Positions 28,856-39,166 of a DNA stretch of 61,292 nucleotides are shown in pieces. The notes under the pieces are model-generated. The model saw only the letters and a program-made list of their open reading frames with translations. It did no database searches and was not told the origin of the DNA. The position numbers and the translations under genes were made by a program. This DNA is from Candidatus Sulfotelmatobacter sp. (GTDB lineage Bacteria; Acidobacteriota; Terriglobia; Terriglobales; Acidobacteriaceae). Each line of letters begins with the position of its first letter. The first letter of the stretch is position 1. The stretch is from NCBI GenBank assembly GCA_049509155.1, contig JBELAE010000001.1, forward strand, positions 1 to 61,292. The letters run 5' to 3'.

Positions 28856-29171
28856 GGCCTTATCAATCGACAAGTTACAACGTAGCCCTTCGGTGCCACT
28901 GCATACTGCATGAATGGGCATTCTGCTCTTGTCCCTGGGAGGGCGCGTGGGCAGATTCCAGTCCACAATTACGGGGCATCAGGCGCTTTCTTCGTTCAGG
29001 TACTACGTATTCGAGATTGTAGACGGAAGACCGACTCGGGTGCAATGTTCTTAGTATATGCGGAAGGATTCGGCTGTTCAGACCTTGGTAATGTACAGTC
29101 ACACGTCCGATACCAGCCGCGCGACCGACAACCGATCTCATTGCTCATCGGCAGATCTCGGCAAGGAACCC

Positions 29172-29408
29172 TTAACCCGATTGATAGCATAATGCGTTCG
29201 GCAGAACATCTGCGGGATGCATTGTCTTCACAGCGGTGGCTTGCTCAATCTGCATCCGGCAGGTAGCACATTCGGTGACCACTATCTGCGGCGCACTTGC
29301 GCGAATCTCTGCAAACAGGTCGCTGCCTACTGTCATCGAGACGGGATACTTCATGTCACCCCGACCCACGCGGCCATGCAAATGACGACGGCATTTCCAT
29401 GGCGGCAA
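29172..29408 (-). pseudogene. Decayed C-terminal fragment of a CCG-domain (Fe-S) oxidoreductase (GlpC/GlcF/LutA-like)
   Basis: ...KYPVSMTVGSDLFAEIRASAPQIVVTECATCRMQIEQATAVKTMHPADVL matches the end of cysteine-rich CCG-domain proteins. The expected CCG..G motif just upstream is unreadable in this frame, and fragments appear in another frame (ORF 29356..29607). Confidence 0.45.
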
Positions 29409-29587
29409 CTTGTTTCGCAGGTATTAAAAGCCCTTGACCCGCTCGGTCAGAGCGACGGATTTCACCGTCCGGCAACTGGATCACGGATAGTGACGGGAAC
29501 CTCAATGGCGTCAGTAGCGGCGGCGCATCACAAACAGCGGCATCGTGTATGAGATTAACCGGGAGGCCATAGCCAGCGCCGCCCAAG

Positions 29588-31684
29588 CTAATGTATGGTG
29601 CGTTCACCTTTACGAACCGCGGGGGAGCTGGTGGATCCCTCGAACTTGGGCTCGCCCAGTTTCGTGATCCACAGGCCCGAGTGGATGTCGTTGAAATACA
29701 TCAGACTGTTCAGCAGCGGGCTGTCGCAGGTTACCGAGCAGGGCTGTCCGCCCCAGGTGAAGGGCAGATTGGGACGGAACCCTTTGCCGTCTCCCGTCCA
29801 GAAGCGGGCGACTTCGCGGCCCTGGCGATAAAGGTCGCCGCGCAGCTCTCCGGAAATGTCCAGCACGCGCGCGCCGCCACTGTAGTAGCCCTCGTAAAGC
29901 ATATCGTTCGCAGCCCAGAAGTTATGCGAGCCGCCTTCGGGCACTTCATACCGTGCCACTTCGCGGGGATGCTTGATATCAGAAACGTCCATGACGTGGC
30001 AGATGGCCCGCACCGGGATGCGGTCTCGGTCGTCTAGTTCAAAGATGGCAGGGAACACCTCGTCGCCCACAAACAGATAATTCTTGTAGCGGAATACGCT
30101 GTGCGTGCCTGCCAGCCAGCCGTCGCCGTAGAGCTCGTAGTGGTTGAAGCGGTATTGGCTGACCAGCTTAGGGTTCTCCGGGCTGCCGCCGGCCATGCCG
30201 TTGCCCACATCGAGGACAATCAATCCATCTCTCCAGTACGCCAGATAGGCAAGGCCATCTTTCACTTGCAAGTCGTGCAGATAGCGGCCGCTGGTGACCG
30301 AGCCATGCGCTGAGTTGATAGTGAATACAGTCGGGTTCTCAGTTTGCCAGCGCGCCACTTCCTTGGGGTGCTTCGGGTCCTGAAAATCAATAATGCGGAG
30401 TGAGCCAGTGGCATCATCGGTAATGTACACATAGTGCCCGTCAATGTAAGCGCTGTGTACGCCGCCAGTAACGGTTGCCGTGTATTCGGACAGAACTTTC
30501 AAGTGCGACGCATCGGAAGTGTCGAGGAATACGATTCCGTTCTTGCGGTTGGAAGCGCCCTCGCGCGTGAATACGCCAATTTTTTCGTCCGGGGTGGTGC
30601 TGATATCGTTAATCAGACGGGCGTCTACCTTCAAAGTATCCAGCAGTTTCGGGCTGGCAGGATCGGCGATGTCGTAGACGAAAAGCTTGTCAGCAATCGT
30701 CGCAAGGTAGGCGTGGTGGCCGATAATCCACTCTTCCGACATCTGCAGATCCGGCATGGGGACGTGCGCCACCACGTCCACTTCGCGCTCCACGTTGCGT
30801 GGACGCACCACGACCGACGCGGCTGCCGAGTGCTGGCCGCTGCTGGCCGTCACCACGTAAGTGCCAGCCTTCTCGGCCACAAACGCGCCGTCCGGATAAA
30901 CCGTGGCTCCGCCGCTGCCGCTCTCGCTCAACGACCATCGCACGGACGAATCTTTCAAATGCGTGCCGCCACCGTCTAGTGCTGCTGCACTGAAGTGGAC
31001 AACGTCACCGGTGCGTGCTTCAGCGGTAGCGGGCTTGACCGTCATTTTGCGGACGGCGTCGCGCACCACTTGAAATGTAACGGTGTTGCTCACTCCTTCA
31101 GACGTCGCCTTTACAGTGGCCGTCCCGGGCGCGAGTCCGGTCACCAGGCCGGCCGCATCCACGCCGGCAATCGATGGCTTTTCCGAAGTCCATTTGAGCA
31201 CTGCGTCGGTTCGGGGATTGCCGTCGGGGCTGCGAGCGATGACTGAAATCTGTTCTACACCGCCGACAACAATTGGATACTCTGGCTTCGCGATATCGAG
31301 GCTCGCGATCTTTGTGTTGCCAACATTCACCGTCGCATAGCCGGCTTTGCCCGCGATCACCGCACCTACCGTCACCACCCCGGGAGCGTGGAAAGTGACT
31401 TCGCCCGAATCATCCGCACCGGCCAGGTCGAAGGGAGCGGCAAACCAGACCGAAGGTTTCTCATCAATGGCGTTGCCAGAGGCGTCCTTGGCGGCAGCGC
31501 TGAACTTGACTTTTTCTCCGACGTGAACGTCGAGCGTGGAGGGAGTGATTTCGACGCTGGCAGGAGCCACGGAAGTCGTGGGTGCCGTTTCTTGCGCGGC
31601 TGGGGCCGCCTGCGACCACAGACTCATGGGCGCTGAAAGAATCATGACTAAGATTGCGACGACACTTGCGTAGCGTTTAAACAT
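29588..31684 (-). CDS. Secreted protein with three Big_2 Ig-like domains and an LVIVD-repeat beta-propeller
   Basis: ORF 29588..31729. The ATG at 31684 follows GGGAGG (MFKRYASVVAILVMILSAPMSLWSQ). Big_2-like segments are present (VTGLAPGTATVKATSEGVSNTVTFQV). LVIVD-type strands are KLFVYDIAD, GIVFLDTSD, SLRIIDFQD, GLIVLDVGN and GARVLDISG. Confidence 0.7.
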   Translation of the reverse strand: MFKRYASVVAILVMILSAPMSLWSQAAPAAQETAPTTSVAPASVEITPSTLDVHVGEKVKFSAAAKDASGNAIDEKPSVWFAAPFDLAGADDSGEVTFHAPGVVTVGAVIAGKAGYATVNVGNTKIASLDIAKPEYPIVVGGVEQISVIARSPDGNPRTDAVLKWTSEKPSIAGVDAAGLVTGLAPGTATVKATSEGVSNTVTFQVVRDAVRKMTVKPATAEARTGDVVHFSAAALDGGGTHLKDSSVRWSLSESGSGGATVYPDGAFVAEKAGTYVVTASSGQHSAAASVVVRPRNVEREVDVVAHVPMPDLQMSEEWIIGHHAYLATIADKLFVYDIADPASPKLLDTLKVDARLINDISTTPDEKIGVFTREGASNRKNGIVFLDTSDASHLKVLSEYTATVTGGVHSAYIDGHYVYITDDATGSLRIIDFQDPKHPKEVARWQTENPTVFTINSAHGSVTSGRYLHDLQVKDGLAYLAYWRDGLIVLDVGNGMAGGSPENPKLVSQYRFNHYELYGDGWLAGTHSVFRYKNYLFVGDEVFPAIFELDDRDRIPVRAICHVMDVSDIKHPREVARYEVPEGGSHNFWAANDMLYEGYYSGGARVLDISGELRGDLYRQGREVARFWTGDGKGFRPNLPFTWGGQPCSVTCDSPLLNSLMYFNDIHSGLWITKLGEPKFEGSTSSPAVRKGERTIH

Positions 31685-31732
31685 TTGGCCTCCCGCTTTT
31701 GCGTCAGCAGCGATATTGGTGCAGACCATTAA

Positions 31733-32938
31733 CTATGGTTTACTCGGTTCCATCTTATAGAAATCAATTCCGGCCGCTTGTGGTCCGACATCGACGGTGG
31801 CGACGGTTTTCAAACTGCCCAGGTCAATCACTTCGACGGTCCCGGGCTCCGAGCCCACTCCTTCGACCGAAATAAAGGCGTAACGGTCGTCCGGCGAAAC
31901 CACTGCGCCGTGCACAATTTTCCTCTTGGTCGGGATATTGGCTAGTTCGCGTCCGCTGAGTGGATCAAAGATAGACACCGATTGTCCACGCTTGTTGGTG
32001 GCAATCAAACGTCCGTCCTTAGTCATGGAGAGGTTGTACACGCCGTTGCCGGCAGGGAACCTGCGCGCCAGAGTCCAGGTGTCGGTGTTGACGGCGACAA
32101 TATCGTTCGATTGATTACATGCCACGTAAATCACAGATCCGTCATTGGAGGGCTGCGCCCAAGTCGGCGTGCAGATGGGTTTATGATCCATCGTTTTGTG
32201 ATCGCCCATCGACTGAGAAGCCTGCGGAAAAGGGGCGCCGGTCATTCCCATTTCCTTCCCGGGCGCCAGCATGAAGTAGCGATCCACGGCAAACTTGCTG
32301 GTGTCGATCTCGACCAGCATGTCGTCCATCATGCAAGCCGAATAATGTTTTGTGCCGGCGTGGTTGAGGCGCGAGCCGTGGGGCATGGTGCAAGTGGGAA
32401 TGCGCTTGACCTCGATCATCTGGTCGGTTGCGACGACCGAGATGGACGAGGGAACCATGTCGCCATGGAAATTGGCATTGGCCACGTAGATGAAACTGCC
32501 ATCGGGGCTGATATCAGTGGTAGCCGGGAACAAGCCAAGGCCGGTGTACTTGATGACCGTATCGGTTCCTGCTCGATATTTCCAGACCGATCCGTCGGGC
32601 CGGCCGTGGCCTTCGGAAACGTAAAAATATTGTTTGTCTGGAGAAACCGCAATTCCGTGCGGTCCATTCACATCCATCGGCATCAGGCCGGTGCGCATCT
32701 GGCTTTCAATTTTCGCGCCCTGTGGGCCAAAACGAATGAGCACAATCTTGTCTGCCGATTCGCACACCACGTAAACCAGATAGTCCTGTGCGGGATGCTG
32801 CGCGGCAATTGAGGCCGGTGTTTGTGCCTTGCCGCTAAAGCCGAGCGCCAGGAAAACGAAGCACTGCACGAATAGCCGCCGACGAGAGTGAGGGACGTCT
32901 GGCCCATTAGCGCGATGAGGGACGGCGGTACGGTTCAT
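31733..32938 (-). CDS. Secreted YVTN/YncE-type beta-propeller repeat protein
   Basis: ORF 31733..32992; I prefer the ATG at 32938. Repeats include GPHGIAVSPDKQYFYVSE, ISPDGSFIYVANAN, SNDGSVIYVACNQSNDIVAV, MTKDGRLIATNK and VVSPDDRYAFISVEG. A Cys/His/Met-rich stretch is also present (CTMPHGSRLNHAGTKHYSACMMDDM, SMGDHKTMDHKPIC). Confidence 0.65.
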   Translation of the reverse strand: MNRTAVPHRANGPDVPHSRRRLFVQCFVFLALGFSGKAQTPASIAAQHPAQDYLVYVVCESADKIVLIRFGPQGAKIESQMRTGLMPMDVNGPHGIAVSPDKQYFYVSEGHGRPDGSVWKYRAGTDTVIKYTGLGLFPATTDISPDGSFIYVANANFHGDMVPSSISVVATDQMIEVKRIPTCTMPHGSRLNHAGTKHYSACMMDDMLVEIDTSKFAVDRYFMLAPGKEMGMTGAPFPQASQSMGDHKTMDHKPICTPTWAQPSNDGSVIYVACNQSNDIVAVNTDTWTLARRFPAGNGVYNLSMTKDGRLIATNKRGQSVSIFDPLSGRELANIPTKRKIVHGAVVSPDDRYAFISVEGVGSEPGTVEVIDLGSLKTVATVDVGPQAAGIDFYKMEPSKP

Positions 32939-33166
32939 GATTTCTGTTTCAGATTTCTTCCCCGAGCCACGAGCAGGCGGTAGCCGGCACAAGGGTCGGA
33001 GAAGTATACCTGTTAGGCGGGTTTATACGAAAACGGGGCTCTGAGGCTGAGGCGGCAAACCGTACACGCTGAGTTCGACCGAGGTTCCAACGCAAACTTT
33101 CCCGTTGGCCACGGGGACGGCAAAGTCACAAAGGAGCGACGCTATACATCATCATCGCCTCTAAGG

Positions 33167-34924
33167 TCAGCGGCTCCCTGCAAGCGCACGCTCACCGACT
33201 TGCTGACGCCACATGGCATAGTACAAACCTTTCTGATCGAGTAACTCAGAATGGCGTCCTGATTCCACGATCCGCCCGCGCTCGAGCACGTATATTCGGT
33301 CTGCATGCATTACGGTGGACAGGCGATGCGCGATCAGAATGGTGATGGCTTCCTGATTGGTTGCGACTTCACGAATGGTGCGGCTGATTTCCTCTTCGGT
33401 AAGCGAATCCAGCGAAGAAGTAGCTTCGTCAAAGACCAGCAGCTGCGGATGCCTCAGCAGCGCGCGCGCAATCGAAAGCCGCTGCTTCTCCCCTCCGGAC
33501 ACCTTGACCCCGCCCTCGCCAATCAATGTATCCAGGCCCCGATCGGCGCGAGACAGCAAACTGTCAGCGGCGGATTGCTGCAGCACCTTCATGCACTCCG
33601 CGTCGGTTGCGTTCGGGTTTACGAAGAGCAGGTTCTCGCGAATCGATCCGGAGAATAGCTGCGTATCTTGCGTGACAAAGCCAATCTTCTCGCGCAGTAC
33701 ATCGAGATCCACGCGATTCGATGGGATCCCGTTGTACAGGATCGCTCCTGATTTCGGCGTATACAGCCCAACCAGCAATTTCACGAGCGTCGATTTCCCC
33801 GCTCCCGACGGCCCCACGAACGCAACCGTATCGCCCTGGGCGGCACTGAAACTGATTTCCTCCAGCGCAAGGCCAGACGAACTCTGATGCCGAAAACTGA
33901 CCCCGTCAAACTGCAGGGTCAGCAACTCATCTACCGCTTCAGGATCCACGGGCTTCGGATCGCGAGGAGTATCCAGTATGTCCTGAAAATTCTGCAACGA
34001 CACTTCCGTCTCCCGGTAAATGTTGATTACGTTGCCCAACTCCTGCAGTGGCGTGAAAATGTAGAACGAATAGATCATCAGAGAAAAGAATTGTCCGATG
34101 GTGATTTCCTGCCGGAAGATCAGGTAGAGCATCAGGAACAGGATGCTGGTGCGCAGCGCGTTCACCGAAGTTCCCTGAATGAAGCTCAGGCTGCGCAGAT
34201 ATTTCACCTTCTTCAGTTCGAGCTTCAGAATCTTTGCGGTGATTCCGTTTAAACGCCCGACCTCCTGCTGCGCCAGGCCCAGGCTCTTCACCAGTTCAAT
34301 GTTGCGCAGCGACTCCGTCGTCGAACCCGCCAGGGCGGTGGTTTCCGCGACGATTGTCTTCTGCATCTTCTTAATTCGCCGGCTCAGGACGGAGCTGATA
34401 ATTCCGAGCAGCGGAACCGTGATCAGAAACGCGGGCGCGATCGACCAGTGCACCCGGAACGCGTAGATCATCACGAACACAATGCCGATGAATGAAATAA
34501 AGATCACATTGATGGCCGCGGTAATAAACCGCTCCACGTCGGTGCGAACCTTCTGCAGCTTGCCCAGCGTTTCGCCGCTGCGCTGATCTTCAAATACCTG
34601 ATACGGCAATTCCAGCGAGTGGCGGATGCCGTCAGAGTACATCTTCGCGCCTAAACGCTGCACGATCACATTCGTGAAATAGTCCTGAAAATTCTTGGCC
34701 ACGCGCGACACAAACGCCACTCCCACCGCCGCCAGCAATAACAACCCCGCCCCGCGGATAAATTGTGCCTGCGTGTACTGGTGATACTTCGTGGCATAGC
34801 CATCGATCACATGACGAAAAATCAAGGGATCAAGAAGGGAAAAGATCTGGTTGGTCGCGGCCAGCAGCAGCGCTACCAACACCAGCTGCCAGTACTGCTT
34901 GGTGTAGCTGTACAGAAGTCTCAT
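33167..34924 (-). CDS. ABC exporter, fused permease/ATPase (ABCB/MsbA-like)
   Basis: N-terminal six-TM-type region. Walker A GPSGAGKST, signature VSGGEKQRLSIARAL and Walker B LLVFDEATSSLD. Confidence 0.85.
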   Translation of the reverse strand: MRLLYSYTKQYWQLVLVALLLAATNQIFSLLDPLIFRHVIDGYATKYHQYTQAQFIRGAGLLLLAAVGVAFVSRVAKNFQDYFTNVIVQRLGAKMYSDGIRHSLELPYQVFEDQRSGETLGKLQKVRTDVERFITAAINVIFISFIGIVFVMIYAFRVHWSIAPAFLITVPLLGIISSVLSRRIKKMQKTIVAETTALAGSTTESLRNIELVKSLGLAQQEVGRLNGITAKILKLELKKVKYLRSLSFIQGTSVNALRTSILFLMLYLIFRQEITIGQFFSLMIYSFYIFTPLQELGNVINIYRETEVSLQNFQDILDTPRDPKPVDPEAVDELLTLQFDGVSFRHQSSSGLALEEISFSAAQGDTVAFVGPSGAGKSTLVKLLVGLYTPKSGAILYNGIPSNRVDLDVLREKIGFVTQDTQLFSGSIRENLLFVNPNATDAECMKVLQQSAADSLLSRADRGLDTLIGEGGVKVSGGEKQRLSIARALLRHPQLLVFDEATSSLDSLTEEEISRTIREVATNQEAITILIAHRLSTVMHADRIYVLERGRIVESGRHSELLDQKGLYYAMWRQQVGERALAGSR

Positions 34925-35035
34925 AAAGTCAGCGCGGGACGCGCAGCTCGTCGAAAATTAGATGGCAGGCGAGAACATTCGATTCAGGAACGCTGGCCCT
35001 TCGGTCCAAAAGAGGGCAGGGAAGTGAAAACGCGG

Positions 35036-35064
35036 CCGGAGCGCCACCCGCCATGGCGCTCCGG
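35036..35064 (-). terminator. Intrinsic-terminator-like hairpin downstream of the M16 peptidase gene
   Basis: An 11-bp perfect stem CCGGAGCGCCA / TGGCGCTCCGG with a 7-nt loop. On the minus strand it is followed by CCGCGTTTTC. Confidence 0.55.
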
Positions 35065-35102
35065 TCGTTTGTAAGCGTCGACTCTCGGACCGAACTTCGG
35101 TT

Positions 35103-37913
35103 TCAATGCACCGGGCTGCCGTCGGCATCGATCTTGTGGACCTCGCCCAGTTTCAGTTCGCGGACTCCCGCCTCGACCTTACTCATATCTCCCACCACGA
35201 CCCACACCAGATGATCCGGCAAAATATACTTCTTCGCAATCTCGTTGGCGCTGCCCGGCGTCAGGGCCAGTGCTTTCTCGGTGAACGTATTGTAGTAGTC
35301 TTCCGGCAGTCCGTATTGAAGGATGTTGCCGTAAGCGCCGCTGAGCTGTTGGTCGGTCTCAAATGTACCCGGCAATCCAAGTGTGATGTTGTCTTGCTCG
35401 TCCTTGAGTTCGTCCGCCGAGATGGGTTTTCCGCCCACGATGTTGTTGTATTCCTTTACCAACTCGACCATGGATTCTTTCGTCTTGTCGGTCTGGACGG
35501 CGGAAACGCTGATGTAAGGTCGCTGGCCGCGGGCAGGCGGCATTATAGTGCGCACACCGTAGGACCAATGCTTGTCCTCGCGCAGATTCATGTTAATTCG
35601 CGAGCTGAATTTTCCGCCAAAGATACCATTCACCAGTTGAAGAGCAATGGCATCCGGATCATTTTGTGGGGGCGCCAGTTGCGCGCCAAAAATCACGCTC
35701 TGTCCCGATCCCGGGCGATCGACGAGATACACCACATCCTTTTCCGGCTCGCCAACATGGGGTACGGATTTCTTCGGAACTTCTCCCGCCTGCCACGAAG
35801 CCAGAAGTTTTTCCAGCTTTGGTTTGATCTCCCCGAGCGTCGTGTCACCCACCACCAGCAGCGTGGCATTGTTGGGCTTGAACCATGTGCTGTGAAACTT
35901 GGCCAGATCCTCGCGCGTCATCTTGCTCACGCTGGCTTCGGTCCCGGTTCCGGTGAAAGGCACGGCATACGGATGTCCGACGCCGTAGAGCAGCGTTGGC
36001 ACTACGCGCAATGCCATGGCCTGGGGCGTGACCTTCTCGCGCTGAATGCCGGCAATGCGTTCCTTCTGCAACCGCTGGAACTCTTTCTCAGGAAACGCCG
36101 GATGCAGAATCAGGTCTGCATAAATATTCAGCGACGGGTCCATGGTGCTGGTGAGCGTGTTCAGGCTGACCAGCGAATAGTCGAGACTGGCGCTGGCATT
36201 GAAGTTGGCGCTCAGAGATTCCAGTTCCTCGCCAATCTTCAGCGAATCGCGCGTGGGCGTGCCTTCCTCCAGCATGCGTTGTTCGAAGCTGGCGGTCCCG
36301 GTCGCGTTGGTTGGATCGGCAGAGTATCCGCTGTCTACCATCAAAGTGAAGTTCACCACCGGAGCGCTGTGGCGTTCTGCCAGCACAACCTTCAGCCCGT
36401 TGCTGAGCGTCGCTTTCTGTAGCGGAGGAAGATTGAGCGACATGGGGCCGCCCGGAGCCGGCTCTTTGGAACGGTCGAGTTTGGCGTCGGTCTTGAAGGA
36501 AGTGGGATACGGATGCACTTCCAGAACGTAATCGCCGTCGCTGAGCCATTCCTCGGCGGCCTTCTTCACCGTGGCTGGCGTAGCCGCCTTCACCCACTTC
36601 AGATAATCCTTGTAACAGTCGGGATTGCCACGGTAGGTCTGGCAGCGCGCGAGCAGGTCGCTCTTTCCGCCGAAGCCGCCGATCCGTTCCACGATGCGCG
36701 CGTAGTTCCCCAGAATCTGCGTCTTGGCTAATTGCAACTCGGCCGCAGTGGGGCCGTTCTTGAGAAAATTCTGCAACTCCTCGTCCGCCGCTTTCTCAAC
36801 TTTGCTCAGCTCTTCGCCCGGATTCGCCGTGAGAGTGAAATCGAACTGTCCACCGATCTCATTTGTGTCATCCGTTGCGGTCGCGCTAGTCGCAATCTGA
36901 TCTTTGTACACCAGTCGTTTGTAGAGTCGCGAGGTTTTGCCCTGGCCAAGCACGGCTGCGGCCAAATCGAGCTGCGCTTCTTCGGGCGAGCCAAACTCCG
37001 GCACGTTCCATAAGCGATAGAGGCGCGCCTGCGGAACGCGGTCCTGCACCCAGCCGCGATGCGTCCCGGTGCGCTTCGCGATCCACACTTCCTGCTTGGC
37101 GATGGGCGGTCCGGGAGGAATATCCCCGTAATATTTCTCCACTTTCGCGCGCGCCACTTCCGGCGTGATGTCGCCTGCGATCACGACGGTGACGTTGTTT
37201 GGACCGTAATACGTCTTGAACCACTCCTGCACGTCACTTAATGACGCAGCGTCCAAGTCTGTCATGGAACCGATCACCGTCCACGAATAGGGATGGCCGA
37301 CTGGATAAGTGTTTTCGGTGAGTAGTTGTTCGGTCACGCCATAGGGCTGGTTCTCACCCTGGCGTTTCTCGTTTTGCACCACACCGCGCTGCAGGTCGAG
37401 CTTCTTCTGGTCGAGCACGCCAAGCAGATGTCCCATGCGGTCGCTTTCGGCGAACAGTGCATAGTCCAGCATGGACGTGGGGACATTCTCAAAATAGTTT
37501 GTGCGATCGTTATTGGTGGTGCCGTTCAGGTTGGTGGCCCCAATCTTTTCCATCGCGTTAATGTAGGTGTGATTAAAGTCGTCGCTGCCGCTAAACATCA
37601 GGTGCTCGAACAAGTGAGCGAAGCCGGTCTTGCCCGGCTTCTCGTTTTTGGAACCCACGTGGTACCACGTGTTCACGGCCACGACCGGCGCCTTGTGATC
37701 CTCATGCACCAGCACGGTCAGACCATTGGCGAGCACAAACTTGGTGTATTTGATGTCGGGAATCGGGATGTCAACCCTTGCGGTGGCCGGCACTTCTTTG
37801 TGTGCTGGAACTGCTTTTGATTGGGCCGCTGCGGAGATTGAACCGCCGATCAGCGATGTCATGAAGATGACTGCGAGCAGATTGACGACAAGCAGGATCA
37901 GTTTGTTTCTCAA
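35103..37913 (-). CDS. Secreted M16 (pitrilysin/insulinase) family zinc peptidase, double-length (four M16 domains)
   Basis: ORF 35103..37970. The TTG at 37913 lies 5 nt after GGAGG and gives MRNKLILLVVNLLAVIFMTSLIGGSISAAAQ. The HxxEH zinc motif is HLFEHLMFSGS. A second half is present and lacks that motif. Confidence 0.85.
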   Translation of the reverse strand: MRNKLILLVVNLLAVIFMTSLIGGSISAAAQSKAVPAHKEVPATARVDIPIPDIKYTKFVLANGLTVLVHEDHKAPVVAVNTWYHVGSKNEKPGKTGFAHLFEHLMFSGSDDFNHTYINAMEKIGATNLNGTTNNDRTNYFENVPTSMLDYALFAESDRMGHLLGVLDQKKLDLQRGVVQNEKRQGENQPYGVTEQLLTENTYPVGHPYSWTVIGSMTDLDAASLSDVQEWFKTYYGPNNVTVVIAGDITPEVARAKVEKYYGDIPPGPPIAKQEVWIAKRTGTHRGWVQDRVPQARLYRLWNVPEFGSPEEAQLDLAAAVLGQGKTSRLYKRLVYKDQIATSATATDDTNEIGGQFDFTLTANPGEELSKVEKAADEELQNFLKNGPTAAELQLAKTQILGNYARIVERIGGFGGKSDLLARCQTYRGNPDCYKDYLKWVKAATPATVKKAAEEWLSDGDYVLEVHPYPTSFKTDAKLDRSKEPAPGGPMSLNLPPLQKATLSNGLKVVLAERHSAPVVNFTLMVDSGYSADPTNATGTASFEQRMLEEGTPTRDSLKIGEELESLSANFNASASLDYSLVSLNTLTSTMDPSLNIYADLILHPAFPEKEFQRLQKERIAGIQREKVTPQAMALRVVPTLLYGVGHPYAVPFTGTGTEASVSKMTREDLAKFHSTWFKPNNATLLVVGDTTLGEIKPKLEKLLASWQAGEVPKKSVPHVGEPEKDVVYLVDRPGSGQSVIFGAQLAPPQNDPDAIALQLVNGIFGGKFSSRINMNLREDKHWSYGVRTIMPPARGQRPYISVSAVQTDKTKESMVELVKEYNNIVGGKPISADELKDEQDNITLGLPGTFETDQQLSGAYGNILQYGLPEDYYNTFTEKALALTPGSANEIAKKYILPDHLVWVVVGDMSKVEAGVRELKLGEVHKIDADGSPVH

Positions 37914-38017
37914 GATTGCCTCCAGTTGATTCAGATCAGGGCCGGGAAGTTCCGCCAACACTCTACACAAGGAACACCCCCGTCGTCACGACCCGCAGGA
38001 GGCGCTGGCGAGCGGTT

Positions 38018-39166
38018 TCACTCAGTGGTGTAGTTGATCTCCATCCGCCGGACCTGAACGCTTGAGGCATAAAGCGCTATCAACGCCACGATCATAATGC
38101 CCAGCACAGCGAGTGGGGCTGAGACGGGATCGGAATTGGAAATCAGCAAGCTGAGAAAAGCCGACGTGCCCGGCGGAGTAGGAATATCCACCGGGCACAA
38201 CGATTTGAGGTAATAGATGACGCTGAACTGCTTTAGCACCGCCGGAAGGAAGGGGTTGATCGCTTCCCAGATCAAGATCGCTGCCGCCGGCAGGATGGGA
38301 TTTCGAAATAGCATTCCCGCCACCAAGAAGAATGCTCCGTATCCCACGCAGGCCAGCACGGTCACTCCCACGTACACCGCGGCATGTTCAAGACCATGGT
38401 TGTGATAGAGATAAACATCCCGCACGCTCGGAGGAAAGTGCCACAGAAAGGCAATGGTCTGCAGCAGTTCGCTGGTCACAAAAATCGTGCAAGTCGCCAA
38501 CAAGCCGGCAAGAAACTTTCCCGTCATCAGGACTTCGCGCCGGATGGGCGCAAGAAAATAGAAATGCAGGCTGCGGTCGAGGATTTCTCCCCGAAACAAG
38601 TTCATGAAAATTCCCAGGCATCCGAAAAAAATCGCCAAGCGGAGAAAAAAGAACTGGAAGACCCCGGCGAACATGATCGAATCCTGACCGGCGTTAACAC
38701 CTTCGCGAATATTGACCCGCTCAACCTTGCCGTCCGCCAGCCCCACAAACAGATCGTTCTGCCCGTCGGAGTAGTGATAGTCCTCATGGACAATTGCGAC
38801 CGTCGAATTCGCGTCCGCGTTCCGATTGCCTGCCCGATCTTCTCTGCGATCTTCCCTCCAGTGGAAATTGACCGGAGGCTTGCCGAGGATCGCAACCACC
38901 TCCTCGCGCGTCATGTCCGGCTTAACCGCCAGCAGATCCTGGTAGGCTAGCGCTTTCTCGCCACGCCGCGCGACGCTCGCACTCTGGCTCTGCCGGTGGG
39001 AATTCGCCATGGCATAGGCCATGAAAAGCAGAACCGGGAGCAAGGCCACCAGATAGATCCAAAGCCCCCGCTTGGCGAAGAAGGTCTTCCGCATTTCGAG
39101 ACGGATCACGGCTTTGATCTGCGCCCACCAGACTCTTGTCCTTAATCTCATCATCCTGTTCGTCAT
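38018..39166 (-). CDS. ABC-2-type transporter permease with a large first extracytoplasmic loop
   Basis: A multi-TM protein. Its start overlaps the stop of the upstream ATPase gene by 4 nt. The loop (residues about 75-153) reads [21 protein letters not shown]...[24 protein letters not shown]. Confidence 0.7.
   Translation of the reverse strand: MTNRMMRLRTRVWWAQIKAVIRLEMRKTFFAKRGLWIYLVALLPVLLFMAYAMANSHRQSQSASVARRGEKALAYQDLLAVKPDMTREEVVAILGKPPVNFHWREDRREDRAGNRNADANSTVAIVHEDYHYSDGQNDLFVGLADGKVERVNIREGVNAGQDSIMFAGVFQFFFLRLAIFFGCLGIFMNLFRGEILDRSLHFYFLAPIRREVLMTGKFLAGLLATCTIFVTSELLQTIAFLWHFPPSVRDVYLYHNHGLEHAAVYVGVTVLACVGYGAFFLVAGMLFRNPILPAAAILIWEAINPFLPAVLKQFSVIYYLKSLCPVDIPTPPGTSAFLSLLISNSDPVSAPLAVLGIMIVALIALYASSVQVRRMEINYTTE

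Noticed and set aside
35106-36422. 438-aa plus-strand ORF antisense to the M16 peptidase gene
   Set aside because: It has no recognisable motifs and is rich in R/H/G/L. The opposite strand encodes an unambiguous M16 protein with HxxEH.
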